In this document: one piece after another, positions 24,389 to 39,569 of the stretch | How positions within the stretch are numbered: position 1 is the stretch's first letter | Layout of the letters: each line of letters starts with the position of its first letter | Assembly (NCBI RefSeq): GCF_006345805.1 | Contig: NC_043005.1 | Coordinates: 108,624,001 to 108,688,000, forward strand | DNA: 64,000 nucleotides | Reading direction: 5' to 3' | Source of the DNA: Octopus sinensis | Taxonomy: Eukaryota | The notes under the pieces: generated by a model | Told to the model about the DNA's origin: nothing | Seen by the model: the letters and a program-made list of their open reading frames with translations, nothing else | Database searches by the model: none | Translations under genes and position numbers: made by a program

Positions 24389-26669
24389 TTCTTGTTATGT
24401 ACTAAGACATATTTCTCCAAGAGCCAAATATGAATCTGTAGATGATTGCAAATGATTGACACTTCTTTTATGATAGTGACATTTGTTTACAACCAGCACA
24501 CAATCTCACAACAAACGCCATGAACACACCACACACACACACACACACACACATACACACACACACACACACACACATGCATGCATTTATGTTTGTGTTT
24601 GTGTATGGGCATGTGTTTGTGTGTGTACAATGAGCTTCATTCATTTTCTCTCACCCAAAACTCTCAAAAAGCTTTGGTCAACTTAGAGCAGGCCTGGCCA
24701 AGTTGAATTACATTGCAAGCTGCTTTAAACACAGACAGTTTTTTGAGGGCCACTTGTATAATTTATGCATTAATAGTTGAATAATCAAATTACAGATACA
24801 AGAATTTTTCATACTTTTCATTTGTTTAAAATTAAAAAATTGTAGGCTATTGCTTTATTGCCACTTATACATTTTTTATTTATTTTGAAACAAATTCTTT
24901 ACACAAACAGTTTTATTTTGCAATCAAACACAATACTTCAAGAAAGTATCAAGTGGGCTGCAAAATAAAAGTCTGCAGAGGCAATGACTAGTGACCGAAA
25001 CCTTTAGCAATGTGCTCTGCTTAAGAGGACCAGTCAAGTGCACCTGTGCTGGTGGCACGTAAGAAAATCAATCTTTGAATGATGAGCATCATGGAGGCAT
25101 AGTGGCTGAGTCCTTTTTCAACATTGGGTCCGCATAGAGACGAGGTGGCTGAGTTGCTTTTAAGTGTTCGGCCTCACAGAGGCACTGACCAAAACCTTTG
25201 ACATTATGTCATGCTTCAGAAGAAGCTCCCATCAAGCCAAACAAAATCACAGTCGTTTGAAGATGTATTTGTAAATATTCATTTGTAAATTTGTCTATTT
25301 TGAAACATAAAATCTAATGAAATGTACATACACACATATGTGCACAAACATACACCCATTGCATGACAAATAACCACTATTTATAACTTCATGCTTATTG
25401 ACATTTGTGTTATTTTTCTTGTATCATTTAATATGAATCTAGGGTTTTCATATGTCAAAGGACATGAAGAAAATAATACAAAACACAAGGGATTATTTAT
25501 AAGATATTTAGTTACATCAACCTATGCACATTTCATTAACTAAAAAATATTATTAAGCACATGATGTTAATTAAATTAAATCATATTGTAAATCTTCAGG
25601 GATGTACAACCTGTCTCTATAATAGATGATCTCCCTCTATGACGGTTACTTCTGCCAAAAATTCAGCAATCCATTGATATTACATATGAAATTTACAAAT
25701 CTCTGAAGACTTGATTTTGTAATTTACATGACAAATGATCACATTTTTGTTAATGAAATATACGTAAGATGACATAACTAAATGTCTTATAAACAATCTC
25801 CAATGTTCTGTTTAATTCTCTCTCTCTCTGTATATGTAGATAGATAAATAGATAAAGATTGAGAGTGAGAGATAGAGAGGTAGATAGTTAAGAGAGAGAG
25901 AGAGATGTTATTCAGGAGTAGATTATGCTATTAAGTGAACAACTGATTCCTCATTATAGAACAGATGAAATTCATAACCACATTCAGCACATAGTAGAAT
26001 TGTTTTCTTATGAGATATGTGTAAATTTCAAAATATGCATGCACATATACACATATATACATGTTGATAGTAGCACAGGCAACTGGAACATCATTTGCTT
26101 GGGGCTCCATGTTATGTGTTAAAATAAATTCAAGAACCTGAAAACAAATAAAATAAACACTTTATTCTTACATTTCTAGGTTTTAGTCCATGTGAGAATT
26201 TTTTGAAACTGAGCTAGATTTCTACTTGAGTGGTGTACAAAATGCTAGGCCCATCCCTGATTTATGCATGTATGAAGAAATATTTATATACATATATAAA
26301 TACACATATATGTATATATGTAGTTATATATTATATATGTGTGTGTGTCTGTGTGTATGTATATATATATATAGAGAGAGAGAGACAGAGATCTATATAT
26401 ATGCGTATAGGTATAGAGCATGTATGGTGTTTGTGTATGTAGGTATATATGTGCATGTATATGTGTGTATGCATATGTATGAGTACGTAAGTATGTGTGT
26501 GTGTGTCTCTCTCTATCTCTCTATATATATATGTATATATATACATATTCATGTATGCATGTGAGAATATCTGTGTGTGTGCAAATGCAGAAATATAGAT
26601 AACTAGACATATGATGATGTAGATAAGTAGACAATATATATAATATATATATATATATATATAATATAA

Positions 26670-26702
<33 letters not shown>

Positions 26703-26739
26703 ATAATATATATATTATATATACATATAATATACATAT

Positions 26740-26832
<93 letters not shown>

Positions 26833-27006
26833 GATAGAGAGACAGACAGACAGATCAACAGTAATAAGGCACAATGACAGATAGATGGCTGGCAAACTAG
26901 AGGGAGAGAAAGAGAGAGAGATAAGATAGTTTTCTTGAATTGTTATTTGCAAGATAACTGCTAAATAACTGATAAATGTGTGTGTGTATGTATATATATA
27001 TAGTAT

Positions 27007-27064
<58 letters not shown>

Positions 27065-27177
27065 TTGTGAGTGTGTGTGCATATATGTATGTATATGTAT
27101 CTATTTATGTATATACCTGTATATGTATGTGTCTATCAATCAATAGGTAGCTAGATAGATAGATAGATGGATGGATG

Positions 27178-27254
<77 letters not shown>

Positions 27255-27631
27255 ACAGATAGAAATATAGATTGATTTTGATAGGTGAATTGAATCATAG
27301 TTAGATAGTTAAAGGGATTGTGAGATCATCTGAGAAGTATGCCGATTTAAGAAATCATTTTACAAATACACATACAGTTACCATTGATTCATTTATCCTT
27401 GTCACATGTTCTAGAAGCATCCAATCACTTAAAGCTATCACAATCAACTTATACTGCAGCCCAACAAACCCCTCAAAATAGCTTAATATTCTTTCAGTAT
27501 AAATATCTATTATCCGTTACACTCACGTTTTAGTTTGTATACATTCTTATGCAGGAAAGAAAGATAAATGCTTGTGTCCGTGTATGTTTGTATGTCTGTG
27601 TTTCTGCAGGTTTTTGCATATGCACATATGA

Positions 27632-27664
<33 letters not shown>

Positions 27665-27704
27665 TATTTATGTAAGTATATATATATTTGTGTGTGTGTA
27701 TATA

Positions 27705-27735
<31 letters not shown>

Positions 27736-28071
27736 CACATAAGTGTGTGTATATATATATATTTGTTTTTATATAAATATATACATACATGTTTATATGC
27801 ATATATTATACATATATATGTATTTGTGCATAAATGTATATATATATGTATATATATATATTCAAACTTACATATACACACTCACACACACACAATCTCA
27901 CACACACACACATGTACATTTTGTAACTATATTTCTCTTTCTGCTTATAATCTCAATTTTGTTTTCTTTTTGCCTTTGTTTTGGAAGGTGGGGTAGCTTT
28001 AGTTTTTTTTTATTTTTTCCAGATCTGAAATATACATGCATACACAGATATATATACACATACACACACAC

Positions 28072-28134
<63 letters not shown>

Positions 28135-28604
28135 ACACTTCAGCTGAAAAATATAAATAAAAAGACCAAATCTGCGAAATTATCTTTAAGGAAGCAATTC
28201 TTTACTTTATTAACAACAGAAAAGGTAGAATTAATTCTATATTTGATTTACATAGATATTTTGCTCGTTTGTATTTTTTTCATATTTTCCCTTTTTTCTT
28301 TTGTATTTTTGTGTGTTTCTTCTTCATTATTGCACTTCATTTTCTTCTTTTTATTTCATCTTTCTTAAGTAGATTATACCGTATTCCAGTGAAGATTTTG
28401 CAAAATATTCTGAGATTCCTTAAGGTCATTTATTCCTAAAACTTACAATCTGCAACAGCTTTATATTATTTTATTTTATTTTATTTTATTTTATTCGATT
28501 TTATTAAATTTATTTATCATTGTTATTATTATTTGGATGAAACCGTAAAAATAATAAAATTAAAATAAAACTAAGGATAGAAAAAATGAGAACAACAATG
28601 TTAA

Positions 28605-28638
28605 TATAATAATGATGATGATGATGATGATGATTATC

Positions 28639-28681
<43 letters not shown>

Positions 28682-28704
28682 TAATAATAATAATAATAAT
28701 AATG

Positions 28705-28750
<46 letters not shown>

Positions 28751-28752
28751 CA
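28605..28752. repeat. (ATG)n/(AAT)n microsatellite
   Basis: Direct inspection. Confidence 0.95.
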
Positions 28753-29647
28753 ATTTATCAGTTATAATGTTAACAGCAACAATATATGAATAAAATTAAT
28801 AGTTAAAATAAAAATAAATATAAAACATAGAATACAAGAAATCGAAGTTTTAGGATTAAATCTCTGAGATGAAAATATGAAACCTTTAGTAATAAAAGAA
28901 GAAAATAAATATAATAAATATATAAAGAAATATATAAAGAAAAGAAAATGAAAGAAATCAAAATCTATAAAAGTTTGTTTCTCTGACGTAAGAAGACAGA
29001 TCCAATATTTCAGCTGAAGCCTTTCATCATAGAATCTTCTAGAAATGTTGCTAATACATGTTTCATTTCCGTTTGGTACACTAATATTTTTCCATACTTG
29101 TTACTTATTGATTTTACACTTGCTAATACTGACCACAAATATAATTCTTGGGTTTTTATGAGTTCAGTATGAAATATCATACATTAACTTACTATTTTGT
29201 TCATCACAATTTCAGCTAAAGTTTTTTTTCTCTTTGGTTTGTTTTGCTGAAGAGGTAAAAATAAGTCTAAAACATGACTTGAGTTGTTTCTTCTTATTGG
29301 CGAAAATACGAAAATAATCTCATTTATTAATTATTAAAGTTTTGTACATTAAAGATGTTATGATGTTAATATCAACTTGCTTGTGGGCTACCTTCCAATA
29401 TGCCTAAGGAACCATCGACTTACCCATCAATCTACCTGTCTGTCTGTCTTCTGATTTATGTATGTATGTACTTATCTGTCTGTCTTTCCAACTATCTACC
29501 TGTCTATTTACCTATCTATACATTTTTCTAAATACGTATCTGTCTAGTTACATGCCTATCTATCTATGAGTCTACTTATTTACCTATATATCTAACTATT
29601 TTTCAACCTACCTACCTACCTAACTATGTGCCTACCTACCTACCTAC

Positions 29648-30143
29648 ATGGTGGCTGCCCCCTTGTTATCGAGCATGGCCATTGCGCGAAGCTTAATGTT
29701 GTTATCATGCAATGCCTGTGCAAGAAGATTTTTTTAAAGTGAGGAAAGGCTGTGCACTGAGTCAATCCCACTCACTAAGCAACAGCAGCCATAATCCGAA
29801 AAGAAGAACAAGTCAACATCATCGGTAACCACTGAGCCGCAGGTTTTATGTCGGAGTTATCCCAGTTTCCTGAGTTACTTTCTAGAAGGATGCCCTAACA
29901 AAGGCTAGGAGTCTTTCACTCCCAATGATTTAACCGCGCGATCGGGTATTCAGTCCGATTATTTCTATGTTCCTACGCATGATACAGCTTTAAGGCATTT
30001 ATTGGATGGCCGTTGACTCTCAAGAGTTCCTCCACCCTTTGACGGGTTTTGTTTTTCATCCTGCAGGGTGTCTAATAAACACCCTCCTCACCAAGCAAGC
30101 TTGGTGGGGTTACCGGTTTAGTCGCCAACGACCCAACCATGCA
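29648..30143 (-). mobile_element. Putative non-autonomous RTE-related retroelement
   Basis: GC-richer ~500-bp island embedded in (TACC)n. The minus-strand 5' end GGTTGGGTCGTTGGCGACTAAACCGG resembles RTE 5' UTRs (from memory). Confidence 0.4.
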
Positions 30144-30685
30144 ACCTACCTACCTACATACATACATACATATCTACTTACCTATCTACCTAGACCAACC
30201 TACCAACCTATATCATAACATTATTATTTCCAGCTATATCTTCCCTGTATTTTAACACTGTATCTTACCAATTGTTTCTATATGCATAAGGCATGTCTGA
30301 AATATTTCTAAACAATTTCCTTTTCCTATATCAATAAATCCTTCAGGTTCATTCATCATGGCTTTAGTAGGTATGTTCAGTATTATTTTTCATATAAGAT
30401 GTCAGAATAAGTTAGAAATATGTCTAAAGTTGTCTCCCATTCTGGACAGAAAAACCGAGGGTTATATTAACCCTTGACTGATATAAACCTTGCTAGATTT
30501 TTAGTTAGGTTTTGAATTTTTCATGTATAAAATATGCTAACACCCATTTTTACTAAATTTCTAAGATGAACGTACCTGGAACATCAATGAGTTTCTGATA
30601 GCCAAGGGAGGGATTTCACCTGGCACTTCACTCCATTGTGATAGATTTTAAATAAAGTGATCACTTGTATGGTTGCAGTTAAATA

Positions 30686-30922
30686 CCTATTTCTTTACTA
30701 CCCACAAGGGGCTAAACACAGAGAGGAAAAACAAGGACAGACAAACGGATTAAGTCGATCGTACCAACCCCAGTGCATAACTGGTACTTATTTAATCGAC
30801 CCTGAAAGGATGAAAGGTAAAGTCGACCTCAGAGGAATTTGAACTCAGAATGTAGCGGCAGAAGAAATACCGCTAAGCATTTCTTCCGGTGTGCTGCTAA
30901 CGACTCTGCCAGTTCACTGCCT
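30686..30922 (-). mobile_element. SINE family B
   Basis: Reverse complement of 10752-10972, flanked by a near-perfect GC(A/T)GTTAAATACC duplication. Confidence 0.85.
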
Positions 30923-31079
30923 TTTGCTGTTAAATACCATTGAATAATGTATTATGGCTCAGTTCTCATTATAAAATGGGCAAATATACTTTAAGCGTTT
31001 AGTCTAACGTTATGTTTTGGAAAGACTCGCACATGGTTTAACTTTTCTCCACCAACCAATACCAACAATATATTGATCT

Positions 31080-31281
31080 AAAATTTTGGTAAAAGGCCAG
31101 TAATTTCAGGTGAGGCTATAAGTCATTCATGTCAACCACAGTGCTCAGGTGGTACTTATTTTATCGACCATGAAAAGATGACAGGTAAAGTCAACCTTGG
31201 ATGAATTTGAACTCAGAATGTTAAGACAGATGAAATGCTGTTAAGCGTTTTTCCCAGCATGCTAATAATTCTGCCAGCTCC
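31080..31281 (-). mobile_element. SINE family B variant, diverged
   Basis: Similar to 21150-21342. Confidence 0.65.
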
Positions 31282-32189
31282 CTGCATAACAATGCTAACT
31301 CAATTTAGAAAGCTAAAATAAATTCAAATTTTACAGTGTTCTAGCACCTTATGGCAGTAAAATGCACCAGCCTGTGATACCTGTTTACACCTAGGTGGTT
31401 TGAGACAGTGAGAATTAAGTGCGTAAGACAAGATTACAGTGTAGTGATCGTGGTTTAATACAACATAACAATTCCTTCTTCATTTTAGCAAATGAAGGAG
31501 ATTATACAAGGCTGTTTGAACTGATAGAAATAGTAGAAATTCCCATCAAATCTCATCCTAAACTTTTAAATAAATGAAGGATATGTTAGATAAAATAGTT
31601 AATAGTCGTACATGGTATTAAAGCGAAGAGGTGATCATAGCTGGAATGCTTTTGGTCATTTGTATATTCAATCAGAATTGGTATGGTACCAAACAATTAC
31701 AACATCAACAAGAGTGAGTCATATTCCTTCAGCTAACACTTCGATGAGATATTTTGTAATGACTACAAAAAATATGCTCCATTTTATTTTTATCTTTTGT
31801 TTTACACATTGTTTGCAACTATGTATACACTGGTGTATTCACAGCTTCTTTATTAGGAATGCTTGACAGCCATACAATAAAATGATCCAGTAAGGCAGCA
31901 AAATACATATTTTGGACATCTATCAATATTTTGTAATTACAGGTAAGTCTTGGTTTCAATGACAAGGCCATAATAATACAAGAACATGTCCAGAGTTGTC
32001 TCCCTCTAATAGCCAAACTATTTCAAACAATTTGATTTAATATTACTTATTTCAAATTTATAACTATTTTTCGTTAGTATTTTAGTGTTCCTTATAGTTG
32101 ATCTGTTAACAATATCTTGATTAAAGATATATATACACATTAAAGATATATATATAAAGATTAAAGATATATATATAAAGATATATATA

Positions 32190-32850
32190 CACAGAGTGCA
32201 GTAAATTATGCAAAATGAAAATAACACAGACATTTCGTTTTAGCAGATATATTTACTAAAATTACATGAAAATATCTTGAAATACTAAAGAGGAATTTAT
32301 TTAATAAAATCGCCATTGTCTTCAACTGCAGCCTCCAGATGAATTCATAATCTCTTGCAACTCTTCTGGACAGTCTCCTTGTTTAAGTTGGTGAATGCTG
32401 CCATAATCCTTGCCTTCAGTTCCTCTTTGGAGTTACAAAGAGTTTTGTTGGTCTCTCACTCAATTGCACCTCACACAATAATTAAGGAGGTTGCAGTCTG
32501 AGGAGTTAGGTAGCTAGGTGTTATGGATGATGTGGTTGCAGAAATTGTCTGACAGTCATGATTGGCTTCTCCTGCTTGTGTGGCATGGTGCAGAGTCCTG
32601 TTGCCAGACCTAGGGTCTTCCAGCAGCCACCCTCTCGACCCAGGGCAGCACTCCCTCCTCCAGGCCTGTCTCTGAATGAACCGATATACATCAGATGTGA
32701 TTATACCTGTGACACAACCAAATTGAAACATCAATTGTCCAATTTTCAAATATATATCTACTTCAGTGCAGCTTATATAATCAAGAAATATATCATAGCA
32801 AAAGTTTAAATATATAGTCTTGCACAATTTGACTCATTTCTTCTTTTACT
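32190..32850 (-). mobile_element. Internally deleted IS630-Tc1-mariner element (maT/DD37D-like transposase C-terminus)
   Basis: Minus translation with frameshifts gives LPWVERVAAGRP*VWQQDSAPCHTSRRSQS.LSDNFCNHI....LPNSSDCNLLN, matching the QQDxAPxH...WPPxSPDLNPLD layout. Confidence 0.8.
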
Positions 32851-33523
32851 AATACTAGTCAATTGTTTAGCTATTTTGAAACTCAAAGTGGTTTGAATTA
32901 GCACTATTAAGTTTCCATATTAAATAATGAAGGGACCTTTATGAAGATATTAGACATGCTAGAAATATCAGCCTAATAACAATCTGATAAATGTCCTGTC
33001 ATCTTTGAAAATATGGACACTTAACATTCACCTATACACACAGGGACTGTAAAAAAGACAAGATATAGCAAACATTTATTAATATTCTTCCTTGAGTTCA
33101 TGAACAGGAGGGAAGATATTTAAATTTCAGTTTGTATGTACAATCATTAGTAACATCAGAAAGACAAATTTGATGATGCTGTGTAATCCCCAATGTACCG
33201 AAATACTGGTGCCCTAATTTCAATAGAATTATCCTAAAACTCTTTCTTTATATCACTCAACATTTGCATAGAGTATTCTACTGCATGTTGAAGACCCCAT
33301 AGTAATAGAAATGGTACCAATTGTGATAAAAATGTATTAAAGCTATCCTTATTTTTAAGAGTTATTTCCTTTGTTAATATTCTTTGATCTCAAAGACAGC
33401 TGCCGGAGTTCTTGTTACAATACAAAACACCACTATATTTGCTATGTTATCTGTTTTTGTCTTGCTGTCTGGCACTTTATTTTATTTTTCATGAATCCTT
33501 AACTGACAACAATGGAAAAGAAA

Positions 33524-33921
33524 TCTTTATATATAAAAGTGAGGTTGTGTGCTGTCTGTCTCCTACGATTTAGATTCCTAACTACTCCCACATTTTGCGG
33601 TGCAGTTTAACCAAAACCGGGTATCTTATAGTCGTGATTCATATTGAGCCCTTCTGGGTATTAGCGTGCTTCTACGATGAGTCTACGATTAAAAAAAAAA
33701 TTTACCATCAATTTTTCCCATTTTTAATGCATTTTTGGCATATATAAGGGAAGTAACTCTCTAAAAATTTATTATTAAATCTCAGAACGTAAAAAGCTAC
33801 AGTAACACCCCCCCATTTTGTGGTTAGCCATATTGAGATGGCTATTATACTTTACATCTCTAAAAATGCTTATATAGTTATTTCCCTTACAAACCCGAGC
33901 AACGCCGGGCGATACTGCTAG
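33524..33921 (+). mobile_element. Non-autonomous Helitron
   Basis: A|TC 5' end, CTAG|T 3' end, subterminal hairpin CCCGAGCAACGCCGGG (33894-33909) and no TSD. Confidence 0.85.
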
Positions 33922-34277
33922 TATGTGATAATGCAAAAAACAATAGAGTACAGATAAACTTCTAGAATGCCATATCCATGCCCAGTTGTGAGGCATTACA
34001 ACTGTAGCCGTTTCGTTTTAATTTTGTTGTTAATGTGCAGGCAAAAAATAGGTACACTACATAATATTAAACCCTGTGTTTTTGAATGAAATTTGTGTTA
34101 AGTAGCTACACAGATAACTTATATATTGTATCGTCTGCAAACATTGCATTGCTCTCTGTGTTGGAAAAAAAATCCTCTTGTCAATTGCTTTTGGGATCAC
34201 ATTCAAAGCTCAATATTACATTTATTTGGCCAACCTCTCATTTCCCATTTGTACAGACCATTCCATTACTCACTTAC

Positions 34278-34545
34278 CTGTGTGCATCTTCTCAGTGCAC
34301 AATGAATCTGCATACTCAAGGAAACGGAATGTACAGTTCATTCTTGAGCTTGAAGTCATATCATTGATAGCTTTAAATGAACATTTCCCCTTTTACTCTT
34401 TTTCCTTTACGAAGCCGTTTCTTATCCTCCTCCAACTTCACTATTTCCTCAGCTTTTCCCTCTACCTCACTCGTGGCCTTGACTACTTCTCTTCTATTCA
34501 TAAAAAACATTCCAGTACCAGTTTCAGTCATTGAGACTTTTTCAA
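34278..34545 (-). other. Candidate spliced exon (coding status unclear)
   Basis: Long polypyrimidine tract plus TACAG| at 34546 and a consensus donor CAG|GTAAGT at 34277. One frame reads EKVSMTETGTGMFFMNRREVVKATSEVEGKAEEIVKLEEDKKRLRKGKRVKGEMFI* and then stops. Confidence 0.4.
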
Positions 34546-34853
34546 CTGTAAGTATGGAAAACAATTAAATTTTAGAAAAATTAAAAGAAAAGTTTTTTTA
34601 TAAGAATATTTGCATAGTGTTCAAATACAAGTGGCATTTTTCTTGTTTCTGCTCGTTTATATCTCTCTTGTTTACTCTTGTGGGTTATATATAAATATAC
34701 ATACATATATATATATATATATGTATGTATATATATATGTATATATATATGTATATATGTATATATATTATATATATATATATATATATTATATATATGT
34801 ATGTATATATATATATGTATATATATATGTATATATATGTATGTATATATATG

Positions 34854-34931
<78 letters not shown>

Positions 34932-34933
34932 AT

Positions 34934-35153
34934 GTAGTAATTCCTCACCAGTTGTGATTCACCTGTCGGGGTTCACCAATCACAGCTTGCATCGATTTCT
35001 CCGTTGTATTGTTTTGCAAATAAAATAATAAATATTTTCAAGTTATAAAAATAATTTTAAAACATACAGTACAGTACTGTTTCTGGTTCACGGATTATTG
35101 CATATTACGGAGGGTTTTCGAACGTAATACCCACGATGGTTGAGGGATTATTT
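34934..35153. mobile_element. Tigger/pogo-like MITE
   Basis: Diverged TIRs TAGTAATTCCTCACC / GGTTGAGGGATTATT in a TA context. Confidence 0.5.
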
Positions 35154-35224
35154 TATATACATATATATAGACACACACACATACACACACACACACACAA
35201 ACACATATATGTATATATGAATAG

Positions 35225-35400
35225 TTGAAATTTACAGAAAACGAAAGACAAAGACAGGTATTTAAACAACAAGCAGGTGTATTAGTTTGACACTGAGGAA
35301 GGTGAGCCTACACTCTTCAACAGAAAGGAACATGAAGAACATGAGGAAATAAACAGAGAAAGAATTAAAAAAAACTTGTGGATTTAGCAGTTAATCATGG
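35225..35400 (-). mobile_element. PLE terminal-repeat fragment (13040/19830 family)
   Basis: Reverse-complement similarity, including GAGCCTACACTCTTCAACAGAAAGGAACA. Confidence 0.6.
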
Positions 35401-35402
35401 CG

Positions 35403-35437
<35 letters not shown>

Positions 35438-35441
<4 letters not shown>

Positions 35442-35596
35442 TACATCCCCGTAACTTTGCAGTTTGGAAAAAGAAACTGATAGAGTAAGCACTAGGCTTA
35501 CAAGAATAAGTCCTGGGGTCGATTTGTTTGACAAAAGGCGGTGCTCCAGCATGGCCACAGTCAAATGTCTGAAATAAATAAAAGAATATAAGAATA
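35438..35596 (+). mobile_element. SINE family A, 3' half
   Basis: Similarity to 11610-11769. Confidence 0.8.
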
Positions 35597-35796
35597 CATA
35601 TATATATAGATATACATATACACACACATACGTTATATGCATACATATAAATATGTACACATATATATGTATATATATGTATATATATATATGTATGTAT
35701 GTACATATATATTATATATATACATATATATATATCTCTGTATATATGTATATATATATGTATATATACATATATATGTATATATATGTATGTATA

Positions 35797-35838
<42 letters not shown>

Positions 35839-36400
35839 ATATATAATACATACACATACATACATATATGTATGAATCCTATATACACATATAGAGACAG
35901 ACACATCCTTGTTTTTTTGCTAAAGTTGTTTTCCGTGGATGAGATTTATAATAGAGTGTCAGTTAAATAAAATGCAAATATAAAGGATTGAATAACTTTT
36001 ACTAACTGAATATGTAAGGGTTCAACTCCTACTGAGAGGACTTGAACAATGATGTTCTTCATATATGCTTCAATGGATCTGCAAGTGACTGTAGGAAAAA
36101 TATATGATGTTGTATACATGCGGTTATACATTCTATTTGAAAAGAATATCATTTTTTTTAAGAAAAAATACACAGCAAAAATACATACATATATGTATAT
36201 GAATGAATAAATAAATACTTACACACAAACATATTTTGACATATACATGTGTGTGTGTATGTGTGTGCATGTATGCATCTGTGTATGTGTGAATATATAT
36301 ACATACAACATATATATATGTATATATATAATACATGCACATGTATATACATACATATGTAAATAATATATATACATATATATATATATGTATGTATATA

Positions 36401-36470
<70 letters not shown>

Positions 36471-36630
36471 GTATATATATATTATAGACACAGAGAGAAA
36501 GGGAGAAAGATTGATATATTTATTTATAGATTTATCATTCGACATATAGAAATTTAAATATATCGCTATAAACATATATACTATTCATACATATATACAC
36601 AAAAATCTATGATATAAGTATACAAATGTA

Positions 36631-36705
<75 letters not shown>

Positions 36706-36897
36706 TTATCTATCTATCTACTATCTCAATCTATCTACCTCTGTATATGTGTATGCATGTGTGTGTGAATATATCTTTCTCTTTCTCTTGCTCCCTCTCA
36801 CTCTCCCTCCTGTGTGTCTCTCTCTCTGTATATATAATATAATATATATATAATATATATATATATATAATATATATAGATAGATAGATAGATAGAT

Positions 36898-36943
<46 letters not shown>

Positions 36944-37420
36944 GATGCACACACACACACACGACATGACACATACACACACACACCACACATATATATT
37001 TACATATATTTCTGTACAGACTGTGTCTAAGATCTGCATCTGTAGCAAGGTGAAAGGTGTAGTGAAAATGATATGCTTTGCATATTATTCCAGACAATGT
37101 ATAAACCTAGACAGAACTTCATGCATCAATGATCTTGTGAACATTAAGTGTTCTTAGAATCGTGGGTGGCATGAAGTTATTGTGAGGTTTCCGACCTGCT
37201 TTTTTTTTCCAGAGACCTTTCTTCTTCCATGAAAGAATTTAAACAGAGAATCACAAGCTTATTAGAATATTTGTTAATTTACAGAACTGCTGTTATCCAT
37301 CCTTATTAACTATACCACCTTGTTTTTTTCTTATTGTATGCAAGATACATCGTGACATTTTCAGTTACAAGTTTATCCTATAAAAATGTCACAACAACTA
37401 CGTGTGTGTGTGTGTGTATG

Positions 37421-37722
37421 TGGAGGCACATGGCCTAGTGGTTAGAGCAGCAGACTTACAGTTGATGGATTGCGGGTTCAAATCTCGGACCGGGCGATGT
37501 GTATGTTTATGAGCGAAACACCTAAGATTGATGCGGCTCCAGCAGAAGGTTATGGAGAACTTCTGCTGACTCTTTCGCCACAACTTTCTCTCACTCTTTC
37601 CTCCTGCATCTTGCAGCTCACCTGCGATAGACCGGCGTCCCATCAAGGTGAGGAGCCTATACGCCAAGGAAACCGGGAAACTGGCCCTTATGAGCCAGGC
37701 ATGGCTCGAGAAGGAACACACA
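37421..37722 (+). mobile_element. tRNA-derived SINE family C (V-domain-like)
   Basis: tRNA-like head GGCACATGGCCTAGTGGTTAGAGCA...GGGTTCAAATC. CCTGCGATAGACCGGCGTCCCATC resembles the V-SINE domain (from memory). Confidence 0.75.
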
Positions 37723-38649
37723 ACACATATGTGTGTGTATATAGATGTGAGTGTGTGTGTATGTATATGTGTGTGTGTGTATCTATATATTAAGGCACAT
37801 GTCATAGTAGTTAAGGTATTCAGCTCTCAGTCATAAAGTTGTGATTTCAATTCTCATTGGTGTTTTGTGTCCTTGGTCAAGACACTTTATTTCACACGAT
37901 TCCAGTCCAATCAGCTGGCAAAAATGAATTACACCTGTAATTCAAATGTCCATCAAATACCTATGTTGCTCAGTCTCTCAAACAACTGAATATTTCTCTC
38001 TGAAACTATTAGACATTCATTTACATTATATGTGTATGTGATTAGATCAGGGTACTTTACTTTATATAAGTGGTACTTGATTAATTATCTGCATCTTGGT
38101 AATTGCATATAGATTTATGTTATCCTCTATATGAATGTTTTCTGTTCACCAAACAACATATCTGCACTTTATTTTTCTAAGATTCAAACTTCGACCTTTA
38201 AATGCATCTGACTTTCCTTTACACGATCTGCTCCTTTCTTCCTTCCCCAACTTAGTATCAATTTTTTTTATCTCTGTTTCCCTCACTCCTTCATTCAAAA
38301 GGATTTTTTTTTTATCAAAGACTGGACAGTTAAGTTCTTTAACACCTTATTATACAATCACAAAAATCTTTGCTGATAAATAACAAACTACCAATTAACA
38401 GATTCAGAAATGATATTGAAGAATGAGAAAGAATTGTATTCCAATTTAGTCTTGGACTTTACAGCATAAAGACAAAATCCGAAGAGCAAATTTTCAATAA
38501 AAACAACAGAGAAAGTGAAAAGGGAAACAAAGGGAGAGAAAATGGGTGAGAAGATGGAAAGAAGAAAATGTGAAAGAAAAATGTGTTTAGATATTCAACC
38601 CTTTAGAATTCAGCTTTCTCTGTCAAATGTAATGCTTATTTATTCACAT

Positions 38650-39066
38650 TACTCTTACTCTTTTACTTGTTTCAGTCATTTTGACTGCGGCCATGCTGGA
38701 GCACTGCCTTTAGTCGAGCAAATCGACCCTGGGACTTATTCTTTGTAAGCCCAGTGCTTATTCTATCGGTCTCTTTTGCCAAAACGCTAAGTGACGGGGA
38801 CGTAAACACACCAGCATCAGCTGTCAAGCAATGCTAGGGGGACAAACACACACACACAAACACACACACACACACACATATATACATATATATATACATA
38901 TATACAACAGGCATCTTTCAGTTTCCGTCTACCAAATCCACTCACAAGGCTTTGGTCGGCCCGGGGCTATAGCAGAAGACACTAGCCCAAGATGCCACGC
39001 AGTGGGACTGAACCCAGAACCATGTGGTTGGTTAGCAAGCTACTTACCACACAGCCACTCCTGCCC
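38650..39066 (-). mobile_element. SINE family A, full length
   Basis: High similarity to 11370-11769 on the reverse strand. Confidence 0.9.
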
Positions 39067-39569
39067 CTATTGCTTTTAATTAATTAATTAATATATTGCT
39101 TTTAATTAATCACAAATTATATCACAGCTTTGAGTTTTCAATAATTTAATTTTTTAATTCTACAATGATGTAGGATAGATGTAAAAAACTGTACCTGGCC
39201 AGTTTGAACATAGAACAGGTAGATTAATTATGCTGAATATGACCAGTATAAATGCTAAAAGGTTAAAATAATGTTCTTCAGGATGGATTTGTGTGTGATG
39301 TGTAATCATACACAAATATTTATACACCGGTTTCTGTAGTGTAATGCTGTTGTGAGCTGAGCCAAAAGGTATATTGTTTTCTATTCATATCAAGCTAAAG
39401 GATACAGGAAAACTTAAATGAATTGGAGAAGGTAACGAGGAAACTGTGGAATAGATTATCAAAAACCATTTGTAGATGTATAACAAAAATGCTGATGCTT
39501 AGTAATATGCAATACCAAAAGTATATAATGTATGTATACATAATGTATATATATATATATATATATATA

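Noticed and set aside
37421-37495. tRNA gene (also 54674-54748)
   Set aside because: The tRNA-like A/B boxes continue into SINE bodies and tails, with no intact acceptor stem.
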